DNA of 64,000 nt from an uncultured bacterium (lineage in GTDB: Bacteria; Patescibacteriota; Minisyncoccia; Phycocordibacterales; GWA1-40-21), in assembly GCA_963716205.1 (NCBI GenBank), contig OY970290.1:303417-367416 (forward strand), read 5' to 3'. The notes below the pieces were generated by a model. The model worked only from the letters and a program-made list of their open reading frames with translations, had not been told where the DNA came from and ran no database searches. The position numbers and the translations under genes are program-made. Shown piece by piece: positions 49,024-56,883 of the stretch (its first letter is position 1; each line of letters begins with the position of its first letter).

Positions 49024-51558
49024 TTAGGATATATTTTTATTAATAATCCTTCTAATTTTCTCCGCGTCTATTTTAGTATTTTTTGCAAGTGTCTCTACAC
49101 TAGTCCAACCTTCAGGGGGTTGATCAAGGGTTTCTCGGGAAAATTTTTCATTAATTAGCTCAACTAATCTTGGCGAATAATATATGGCAAGCCCACCAGA
49201 AGATCGAAACATTCCCATATCCATACTTTCCTTCAATTTTCCGTTCGATTCCAGGATTATCTTTTCAGCTGTATTTTTAACCGTGCTTGGATTAAATCCA
49301 TATTTTTTTGCGAGTGACACCCTGTCCATCCAATTTTCTGGTGCCTTCTTGGGCAGTCCTTGTTCGATCAATTCAACCAGTTTTGGTGAAAAATATGTTG
49401 TTAACCTATTATTACTTTTTTTTGACGGAAAAACACCGATTTCTTCATCCTCCTTCAATTTTCCGTTCGATTCATTAATTATTTTTTTAACTCGTTTTTG
49501 GATCGTCAATCTATTAACTTCATATTTTTCCATAAGGGAAACCATATCAGACCATCCCATTGGTGCTTCTTTGGGCAATCCTTGTTCGATTAATTCAATT
49601 AACTTTGGTGAGAAACATGTGGTAGGCATACCACTCTTTTTTGATCGAAATATTCCCATTTCATCCTCTTCCTTGAGTTCACCCTTTGACTCTTCAATTA
49701 TTTTTTTTGCTTTACGTTGAATATACTGATTATCAGTATTATATTTTTCCGCTAGAGATGCCAAATCCGCCCAATCTTTTGGGGCTTCTTTTAGTAAATC
49801 CTTCTCGATTAATTTAACTAATCGTGGTGAAATATATATTGAAGGTCTCTTACTTTTTTTTGACAGGAAAACACCCATTTCGTCTTCTTTCTTGAGCTCT
49901 CCATTTGATTCCTCAATTATCTTTTTAACCCTACCCTCAATTTTTGTTCTACTAGAATCATCTTTTTCTGAGAAAGAAAGCATACTTATCCATCCTTCTG
50001 GAACTTCTTTAGGTAAATTTTTTTCAACTAGTTCAACTAATTTTGGTGAGAGGTATACGGACGGAGGACCACCTTTGGGGGAAGGATAAATTCCCATCTC
50101 CTCATCTTTTTTGATCTTTCCGTTCGATTCTTCAATTATTTTTTTTATTCTATTTTTAATAGTGCTTTTATCTGCTCTACTTTTTTTTGTAACGGAACCT
50201 AAATCCAGCCATCCTTCGGGTACTTCCTTGGGTAGTCTCTGCTCAATCAATTCAATTAGTTTGGGTGAGAAATACATAGTTAACCTATTACGTTTTTTTG
50301 ATGGGAACATACCCATCTCATTGTCTTTTTTGAGTTCCCCCCCTGATTCCTCAATTATTTTTTTGGCCCTGTTTTCAATTATTGTTTTATCTATCCCATA
50401 TTTCTCTGTAAGTGGAATTATACTTATCCATCCATCAGGAGTTTTTTCAGGCAACTGTTGTTTAATCAATTCAACCAATCTTGGTGATAAATGCATGGAA
50501 GGACTACCGTTTTTATTCGAGGGGAAGATTCCCATCTCCTCATCTTTTTTGATCTTTCCGTTCGATTCTTCAATTATTTTTTGGGCTCTGCTTACAATCA
50601 TTGTTGCACCAAATCCGTATCTTTCCATAAGAGAAGATAAATCGGTCCAACCTTCAGGTGCATCTTTCGGCAATTCTTTTTTAATGAGTTCTGCAAACTC
50701 AGGAGAGAAATATGTTGTGGGATAACCACTTTTTTTAGCAGGAAAGGTCCCCATTTTTTTCGCAAGTTTTCCGTTCGATTCCTCGATTATTTTTTGGGCT
50801 CTATTCTCGACTATTGATCTGCTAGTTTTGTATTTTTTTAAAAAAGAAATTAGGTCTATCCATCCTTCGGGGGCTTCTTTCGGTAAATTTTTCTCGACCA
50901 ATTTAACTAACTTTGGTGAGTAATATATCGCTAATCCCCCAGGAGATCGAAACAACCCCGTTTCTTCACCTTCTTTCAGTTCTCCGTTTGATTCCTCAAT
51001 TGTTTTTTGTATTCTTCTTTTAAGAACATTCTCACCAACAGCATATTTTTCCATAAGCGTAGGCGTGTCTACCCAACTCATAGGGGCCTCGTTCGGCAAT
51101 TCTTTTTTAATGAGTTCTGCAAACTCAGGAGAGAAATATGTTCCGGGCACCCTACCCCTTTTAGACATAAATTCCCCAACCTCTTCAGTGAGATTTCCGT
51201 TTGATTCTTGAAGTAATTTTTTAACCCTCTTTTCAATAGTTCCTCTGCTGAGTTTATGCTCCTCAGCAAAAGAAACTAAATCTATCCATCCTTTTGGTGC
51301 TTCCTTAGGTAGATTTTTTTCTATTATCTCTGTCAACTTAGGTGATAAGTATTTTGCCGGTTTACCACCGTTTTTAGATTTAAACATCCCTATTTCCTCT
51401 GCTATTTCTCCGCTCGATTCCTCAACTATTTTCTGGACCCTTCTTTCGATTACACCCTTATCAAATCCAAATTTTTCTGCGAGAGAGGTTATATCTGTCC
51501 ATTCTTCAGGAGCTTCCTGAATTGACTCATTTGAATTAAATGGAAATTGTTCAGTCAT
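49024..51558 (-). CDS. Tandem-repeat protein (~12 copies of the same module); start moved to MTEQFPFNSNES by homology with paralogues
   Basis: 12 repeats, e.g. PEGWTDLSSLMERYGFGATMIVSRAQKIIEESNGKIKKDEEMGIFPSNKNGSPSMHLSPRLVELIKQQLPEKT; ORF extends to 51753 but upstream 65 aa are non-repeat and unlike paralogue N-termini. Confidence 0.7.
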   Translation of the reverse strand: MTEQFPFNSNESIQEAPEEWTDITSLAEKFGFDKGVIERRVQKIVEESSGEIAEEIGMFKSKNGGKPAKYLSPKLTEIIEKNLPKEAPKGWIDLVSFAEEHKLSRGTIEKRVKKLLQESNGNLTEEVGEFMSKRGRVPGTYFSPEFAELIKKELPNEAPMSWVDTPTLMEKYAVGENVLKRRIQKTIEESNGELKEGEETGLFRSPGGLAIYYSPKLVKLVEKNLPKEAPEGWIDLISFLKKYKTSRSIVENRAQKIIEESNGKLAKKMGTFPAKKSGYPTTYFSPEFAELIKKELPKDAPEGWTDLSSLMERYGFGATMIVSRAQKIIEESNGKIKKDEEMGIFPSNKNGSPSMHLSPRLVELIKQQLPEKTPDGWISIIPLTEKYGIDKTIIENRAKKIIEESGGELKKDNEMGMFPSKKRNRLTMYFSPKLIELIEQRLPKEVPEGWLDLGSVTKKSRADKSTIKNRIKKIIEESNGKIKKDEEMGIYPSPKGGPPSVYLSPKLVELVEKNLPKEVPEGWISMLSFSEKDDSSRTKIEGRVKKIIEESNGELKKEDEMGVFLSKKSKRPSIYISPRLVKLIEKDLLKEAPKDWADLASLAEKYNTDNQYIQRKAKKIIEESKGELKEEDEMGIFRSKKSGMPTTCFSPKLIELIEQGLPKEAPMGWSDMVSLMEKYEVNRLTIQKRVKKIINESNGKLKEDEEIGVFPSKKSNNRLTTYFSPKLVELIEQGLPKKAPENWMDRVSLAKKYGFNPSTVKNTAEKIILESNGKLKESMDMGMFRSSGGLAIYYSPRLVELINEKFSRETLDQPPEGWTSVETLAKNTKIDAEKIRRIINKNIS

Positions 51559-51655
51559 ATGACTACGGTATAACAAATTTGCCGAAAATGCAAATAAAAA
51601 CTTGCATAAAATATTAATGTATGTTATGGTAAAGCCCGAAAGAGAGGTGTACCTT

Positions 51656-51973
51656 ATGGATCTCATATCAGTTTCTTCGACGAAGTTTCGCAACAAGGAG
51701 GATGGAACTGAGTTCACGGTTGTCAAAGCCAAACGCTTTGAGAAGCATAACATCAGGAAATACAGACAGTACCTGATGTCACTCTCAGACGGAAAGCTCG
51801 TGGGCGTTTACTTCTACGGCCAACTGGTGCCCCTCATCACCGTAACTACCGGTGTCGAGAAGCTCACCCAGGTGACCGTCGGGAAAAAACTGCTACGTAC
51901 GGCAGCCGAGATAAGCAAGGCCCTGGGAATCAAGAAACCCAAAAAGCCCGTTCCGCTTGTTCTCGTTTCGTAG
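51656..51973 (+). CDS. Hypothetical protein (GC-rich, RBS AGAGAGG, strong terminator)
   Basis: MDLISVSSTKFRNKEDGTEFTVVKAKRF...; 106 aa; visibly higher GC than surroundings. Confidence 0.5.
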   Translation: MDLISVSSTKFRNKEDGTEFTVVKAKRFEKHNIRKYRQYLMSLSDGKLVGVYFYGQLVPLITVTTGVEKLTQVTVGKKLLRTAAEISKALGIKKPKKPVPLVLVS

Positions 51974-51993
51974 TCCGGAAGTACAACAAGACT

Positions 51994-52033
51994 CGCACTC
52001 ATGACTTATGGTCGTGAGTGCGTTTTATTTTTT
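51994..52033 (+). terminator. Rho-independent terminator
   Basis: CGCACTCATGAC-TTATG-GTCGTGAGTGCG then TTTTATTTTTT. Confidence 0.65.
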
Positions 52034-52035
52034 AG

Positions 52036-52070
52036 TTAAAAAGCCTGACCGTAATAGTCAGGCTTTAGTG
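52036..52070 (-). terminator. Rho-independent terminator for minus-strand dinB/small-gene transcript
   Basis: AGCCTGAC-CGTAATAGT-CAGGCT; on minus strand followed by TTTTTAACTAAAAAAT. Confidence 0.5.
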
Positions 52071-52084
52071 AGAAACAAGAGTGA

Positions 52085-52318
52085 TTATAAAGTACCGGTA
52101 ACGGGTTGGGTGATTGTGCCGGTTTTAGCAACGATCTCGTCGCCGTTTTTGAGGACAAGCTGCGAGCCGAGCCGAGCACCATCCATTGTCTTTGCCGTCC
52201 AAACCTTTCCTACCGGAGTTTTATTTATTCCGGAAGTCAGGTCTTCGGTCTTCACCAACTGGAAATTTCCTCCAGTCATCCTCAGCTCAAAGACAGAATC
52301 TCTCGTCACTATTTTCAT
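52085..52318 (-). CDS. Small hypothetical protein co-transcribed downstream of Y-family polymerase
   Basis: Perfect SD AAGGAGG 5 nt upstream of ATG; 77 aa beta-rich; GC-rich. Confidence 0.5.
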   Translation of the reverse strand: MKIVTRDSVFELRMTGGNFQLVKTEDLTSGINKTPVGKVWTAKTMDGARLGSQLVLKNGDEIVAKTGTITQPVTGTL

Positions 52319-52389
52319 AGTTTCCTCCTTTGTTTTGACTGCCCATGGTAAATCTATACATAATGCAATACCTTGTCAATTCATTTAAA

Positions 52390-53634
52390 TTATAAAAACA
52401 ACAAATCTCGATCAAGATCATCCGAATCCGTTCCCTTCTCCTTGTGCCCCATAGCTTTGTGAGTAGAAGCCAGATAGACGACGTTTTTTCCAAATTTCTC
52501 CTCAAGAGAATCGATACGCTCGTGAATCAGTTTGAATTTATCCGATTGATTGCTGTTGCCGAACAGGTCTTTCTGCGAGACGGAATCGGGAATGAGATCC
52601 TCGAGGATCACTCCCGTCGTGCGATATGGAACACCTTTTGTATGTACTGTCTTGAAGCGTTCTCGAATCAAAGGAATGAGTATTTCAGGAGAATTTGTCG
52701 GTGAAGGAAGCATGACAGAGCAAGTTGAATACTTGAAACCGCTTGTTTTGAGGAAGAATGAAAATTTCTTGGCGGCAAGTTTATAATGTCTTGCCTTTCT
52801 ACAGGCTTCCTCCGCATGCTTGGAGAGTTGAGAAAGAAGAAACTCCATGTCGTTTGTTGCTGGGTGGAATGTTCTTGTTTTTTGAATGGATGAATAGCTA
52901 GTCTTCGGATTCGAATCTATTTCCATGACGGAAACCCCGTTGAGTTCCTGCCACATGGTTTCATACGGTTTGGAAAGATTCTCCCTGATCCAATCAATAT
53001 TCTTTTGCGCCAGATTGAGTGCGGTATAAATCTTCTTGTTTTTTAGATACTCCGCTGTCTTTGGTCCTATGCCCCATATCTTTTCAATGGGAGTTTTTGT
53101 GAGGAAGTCGGATATCGTTTCTTTTTCAATCACGGTCAATCCATTCGGTTTGACCCACTTTGAGGCAACCTTGGCAAGAACTTTGGTTGGTGCAAGCCCG
53201 ACTGAAATGGAAAGTCCCAATTCGTCGGCAATTTCTTTCTTGATGCGCTGCGCTATTTCCTTGTATGTCATTTTGAGCGGCTTATCAAGACCCGTCAGAT
53301 CGGCAAAGCACTCATCGATGCTGTATTCTTCAATGTCGTCTGCATATCTGCGAACGATATCAAACATCATGCCGGAATAGCGGACGTATGATTTATAATC
53401 CCCTGGCAGGATAATGACATTGGGGTAATCCCTCTTGATCCGAAAGATCGGCATGCCACGCCTGATACCAAGAGCTTTGGCTTCATACGAGAATGCGGAT
53501 GCGATTCCCCGCTCCTCGCCCGTGACAACGGGAAGGCCTTTGAGTTTCGGATTCTTCGCCATTTCCACGCCGACAAAGAATGCGTCTCCGTCCATGTGAA
53601 GAATGACTTTATTTTTTGGAATTTTGTTGGACAT
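52390..53634 (-). CDS. dinB: Y-family DNA polymerase (DinB/UmuC-like, error-prone translesion polymerase)
   Basis: ILHMDGDAFFVGVE (catalytic Asp palm motif), SIDECFADLTG, little-finger region; 414 aa. Confidence 0.88.
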   Translation of the reverse strand: MSNKIPKNKVILHMDGDAFFVGVEMAKNPKLKGLPVVTGEERGIASAFSYEAKALGIRRGMPIFRIKRDYPNVIILPGDYKSYVRYSGMMFDIVRRYADDIEEYSIDECFADLTGLDKPLKMTYKEIAQRIKKEIADELGLSISVGLAPTKVLAKVASKWVKPNGLTVIEKETISDFLTKTPIEKIWGIGPKTAEYLKNKKIYTALNLAQKNIDWIRENLSKPYETMWQELNGVSVMEIDSNPKTSYSSIQKTRTFHPATNDMEFLLSQLSKHAEEACRKARHYKLAAKKFSFFLKTSGFKYSTCSVMLPSPTNSPEILIPLIRERFKTVHTKGVPYRTTGVILEDLIPDSVSQKDLFGNSNQSDKFKLIHERIDSLEEKFGKNVVYLASTHKAMGHKEKGTDSDDLDRDLLFL

Positions 53635-53691
53635 AGATAAGATAGCTTTTCAGCTTCTTAACTATATCCCTCGAAATGTTTTTGTCATCTA

Positions 53692-54066
53692 TTAACGCTT
53701 ACGAAATCCCGTCTTGTTCAGAGTAATTCTAACCAAAATAAAACAAGTCACGTAGAGCATGAATGTGAACAAGTCAAAACAGTTGTTCGCAAATATGTCC
53801 GGACCGAAAATCAATCCGACAAGAAGAAGGGTTCCGAAATACAAAAAATTGTACAGAAGGCTTCCGAACATTCCCCATCGTCCAATCAGGGCGAGAAGTA
53901 TGGATATCGCAAACAGAATAACGAGCGTGATGACGATGGCGATCCAATGCGCTTTCAGCATCGAAATTAAAATTGACCAAAATAAACGCACATCGTGCAA
54001 CTCAGCGTTATTAAACGCTTGAACGGTTGATGATGAACTCAAAAAAGTAACGGAGACAAACGTCAA
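53692..54066 (-). CDS. Hypothetical polytopic membrane protein
   Basis: 3-4 TM helices; 124 aa. Confidence 0.35.
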   Translation of the reverse strand: MTFVSVTFLSSSSTVQAFNNAELHDVRLFWSILISMLKAHWIAIVITLVILFAISILLALIGRWGMFGSLLYNFLYFGTLLLVGLIFGPDIFANNCFDLFTFMLYVTCFILVRITLNKTGFRKR

Positions 54067-54085
54067 AACCGGAAATATTTATCAA

Positions 54086-54868
54086 TTGGGAAAACATCAT
54101 TTAATCTGTGGAAGCGCTCTCGATCCAAAAATCGTGGAAAAGCTCATGGATGGCGCAAAGGCGGATTTAATTGATGATGATGTCCCATTCAATATTCGGC
54201 TTCCGTACGATAAATATGGCGGAACATATGAAGATGACAAGACAGACGAAGAATATGAGACGTTTGTGAAGACAATCATGCAGAACGCCCTATCGGTGGC
54301 CAAGAATGATGCACATATCGTTTTTTGGTGCGATGAGCGATACGTTTGGTTACTGGAAGTGCTTTATAAAAAATTCAGGATTGATTCAAAGAGGCTCCTT
54401 GTTTGGTGTAAAAACAATTCGTCGCCGACTCCGAGTTGCGCCTTCAACAAAGTGACGGAGTTTGCAGTGTACGGAACTATAGGAACTCCATTTCTTGCCC
54501 AAAATATCACTAATCTGAATCAAATTCAGAATCACGAGATGACGACCGGCAACAGCTTGCACGATGAGATCATGGATTTCTTCAATATCATGCTCACCAA
54601 AAGGTTACCGAGCAACAAATACGAACATTCGGCACAAAAAGATCCGTCCATCCACTACAAAGTTCTGAAAAGATGCACACGGGTCGGAGACGTTGTTTTG
54701 GATCTCACGGCGGGCACGGGAAGTCTCTTGATAGCATGCGAACAATTAAAGAGAATCGCCTACGTATGCGAACTTGATCCAAAGTTCTGCCAGCTCATCA
54801 TCAATCATTACGAAGCGCTTACGGGCGATAAGGCTAAACTGATCCACTCCGATGAAACAACGAATTAA
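54086..54868 (+). CDS. Beta-class DNA methyltransferase (N6-adenine or N4-cytosine)
   Basis: N-terminal HHLICGSALDP...ADLIDDDVPFN (motif IV, DPPY-like) followed by C-terminal VLDLTAGTGSLLIA (motif I, FxGxG) = circularly permuted beta-class order; 260 aa. Confidence 0.8.
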   Translation: MGKHHLICGSALDPKIVEKLMDGAKADLIDDDVPFNIRLPYDKYGGTYEDDKTDEEYETFVKTIMQNALSVAKNDAHIVFWCDERYVWLLEVLYKKFRIDSKRLLVWCKNNSSPTPSCAFNKVTEFAVYGTIGTPFLAQNITNLNQIQNHEMTTGNSLHDEIMDFFNIMLTKRLPSNKYEHSAQKDPSIHYKVLKRCTRVGDVVLDLTAGTGSLLIACEQLKRIAYVCELDPKFCQLIINHYEALTGDKAKLIHSDETTN

Positions 54869-55463
54869 AGCCCCGTTTCTCGAGGAATTGAGAAAAATTC
54901 CTATCATCAAGATGACTACTGATAAATTGGGTATATCGAGGAACACAATCTATCGCTGGATGAAGCTAAACAAGAAATTCAAAGATGATGTTCATGAGGC
55001 GCTCATGGAAGGAGAAAAAAATCTCAATGAAATGGTTGAGTCAATGCTCGTGAAAAAGGCGCTCAACGAGGAGGACCTGCGTGCAATAATGTTTTATCTC
55101 ACTCGCAGGCATCCAAAATACAAGCAAAGCATTGAAAATTCCAAACAAATTTCCGAAACAGAAAGCTCACTCGACATTGCGGAGAGAAATATCCGATCAC
55201 TGCTCAAACGGGGAGACAAAGACATCACCAAGTTTGTCTTGGAAAGATCAAAACCTGATGTGTACAGAAAAATACCTGCAGATGAATTGCGAGAGAATCA
55301 AGCGGAAGCAGAGCGATTGAGAGAACTTGAAAGAATCAGTAAAACGACCGAACCATGGGACAGTCTGAAACAGCATTCAAAAAAGTACATACTGATGATG
55401 AGAGAAGCTGAAAAGAAAATCCGAGAAGAAAAATCGGACACCGAAGAAATAGATAAAAAATAA
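54852..55463 (+). CDS. HTH-domain protein (terminase-small-subunit-like / possible R-M controller)
   Basis: N-terminal HTH (TTDKLGISRNTIYRWMKLNKKF), charged coiled-coil C-terminus; overlaps MTase stop by 17 nt; 203 aa. Confidence 0.45.
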   Translation: MKQRIKAPFLEELRKIPIIKMTTDKLGISRNTIYRWMKLNKKFKDDVHEALMEGEKNLNEMVESMLVKKALNEEDLRAIMFYLTRRHPKYKQSIENSKQISETESSLDIAERNIRSLLKRGDKDITKFVLERSKPDVYRKIPADELRENQAEAERLRELERISKTTEPWDSLKQHSKKYILMMREAEKKIREEKSDTEEIDKK

Positions 55464-56240
55464 TTATTCGAGAATGGCATTTAATATATCCATTCTTGCT
55501 TGTACGTTTGGCATGTCAGCATCTACAGTTTTTACTCCCCCATTCATCAGTTCTCTGAGATAAAGTGAAACCGAAAATATACCGAGTGTTTTAAACGGTG
55601 TTTGTATGTTTTCATTGTGCAAATCTGAAACGGAAATATGGGAAAAAGGTTTAAGGTTATTGTCTTTTGATATCGGCATCCAATAGATGATGACGGGTTC
55701 TGCAATGACATTTTCATATGATTTGGGTTTTTTCATTTCAACCAATACTTTAGTCACATTGTTGGGAAATGTTTTATCGGAGAAAGATTTCAATTGCTGT
55801 TGCCAATAATATTCCGCAACTTTAATCGTCTCGTCTCTATCAATTGTTAATTTTTGACCAAAAGAATTGTAAGCTCCTATTTTTGGGCAAGGCTTACCAG
55901 ACCAAGAATACCTATTTTCTCTTTCGATATTAGGTGCACCAAAAATACTCAAAAATTCATCTCGAGTTAGTATTTTATCTTTTCCTTTCCATATGCCGTA
56001 TTTAGGCGACCAATCACCAAAAGTTGTCTTACCTGTAGTATGGTTTTTCATTTCAAAACCATCTATATCAGGTGTATTACTTGCATTATGAGCAACACCC
56101 ATTTGTGTTTCAAGCCAATGACCACCCCTACCATCATGTCCTTGATTGGAAGTTGATGTATTAGGAACTCTACCTTTTACATTCTTCAGAAAAAGATTAA
56201 TGATCTTTTCTTTTATTTTTTTAGTTTCTGTTGCAGTCAT
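55464..56240 (-). CDS. Hypothetical protein; candidate type II restriction endonuclease by context (convergent on MTase/HTH pair)
   Basis: No recognised family; assignment by position only; 258 aa. Confidence 0.3.
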   Translation of the reverse strand: MTATETKKIKEKIINLFLKNVKGRVPNTSTSNQGHDGRGGHWLETQMGVAHNASNTPDIDGFEMKNHTTGKTTFGDWSPKYGIWKGKDKILTRDEFLSIFGAPNIERENRYSWSGKPCPKIGAYNSFGQKLTIDRDETIKVAEYYWQQQLKSFSDKTFPNNVTKVLVEMKKPKSYENVIAEPVIIYWMPISKDNNLKPFSHISVSDLHNENIQTPFKTLGIFSVSLYLRELMNGGVKTVDADMPNVQARMDILNAILE

Positions 56241-56308
56241 TCCGCTATATTAGCAAAAAAGAACATTAAAGGCGATATTTAATGCGACTTGATTACTGCT
56301 CAACTCGG

Positions 56309-56379
56309 CTGGGGGACTAGGAATCGGACCTAGATTAAAAGCTTCAAAGGCTTCTGTCCTACCGTTAGACGATCCCCCA
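56309..56379 (-). tRNA. tRNA-Gln (anticodon UUG)
   Basis: Manually folded on the minus strand. Acceptor UGGGGGA/UCCCCCA is a perfect 7 bp. U8, D-stem GUCU/GGAC and D-loop with GG are present. Anticodon stem GAAGC/GCUUU with loop CUUUGAA gives U33 and anticodon UUG. T-stem is CUAGG/CCUAG. The T-loop UCCGAUU carries the non-canonical C55. Discriminator is G. Confidence 0.6.
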
Positions 56380-56466
56380 ATATCAAACAAACCAAGAATA
56401 CGTGAAAAAGCTTTATTTTTCAAGTTTAGATAAATGATTTTGCTTTTTTAGTGTTCCCGTATTAGA

Positions 56467-56883
56467 ATGAAAGCAATTATGGACTTACCCGAACATACAA
56501 AAAATTTTGTTGATACAGGAACAAAGATTGATCAAAAAATTGAAGAAGTAAAAGAGAAATTGGACGAATGCGATTCTGTCATTAAAAAAGAATTTATAAT
56601 GCTTAGGGCAACTTCCGTAGAAAATAAAAAATGGTTGGCAAAAATTACAGACAATGTGTTCGGAAAAATAATATATCGTCTCAAGGAAAAATTAGAATTA
56701 TATACGTTGTCCGAGATTGAACAATATGAAAAAGCGGCTTTCACAAGAGATTGTATTGCTATTTTGGAAAATTTATTTGTTAAAGTGCATGAAGCGGATG
56801 AGGTGCCAAAAGGATCACTCGAAAAATTCCATAGTGCCATATCAAAATATTATGAGAAGCTCGGCGAAACTAATTTTTTGTAA
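56467..56883 (+). CDS. Hypothetical protein
   Basis: 138 aa ORF, no recognisable motif. Confidence 0.4.
   Translation: MKAIMDLPEHTKNFVDTGTKIDQKIEEVKEKLDECDSVIKKEFIMLRATSVENKKWLAKITDNVFGKIIYRLKEKLELYTLSEIEQYEKAAFTRDCIAILENLFVKVHEADEVPKGSLEKFHSAISKYYEKLGETNFL

Larger units (their letters stand above)
45703..51558 (-). repeat. Array of ~27 diverged tandem ~210-bp coding repeats spread over three adjacent genes
   Basis: Protein-level periodicity ~70-72 aa; antisense frames also show periodic shadow ORFs (e.g. recurring IPISSSFLSSPFDSSIIF). Confidence 0.7.

Noticed and set aside
47149-50725. Multiple plus-strand ORFs (47149-47457, 48163-48789, 49184-49720, 49892-50089, 50111-50725) antisense to the repeat-protein genes
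   Set aside because: Periodic shadow ORFs created by the tandem DNA repeats (recurring IPISSSFLSSPFDSSIIF-type peptides); no independent start signals; antisense to strongly supported genes
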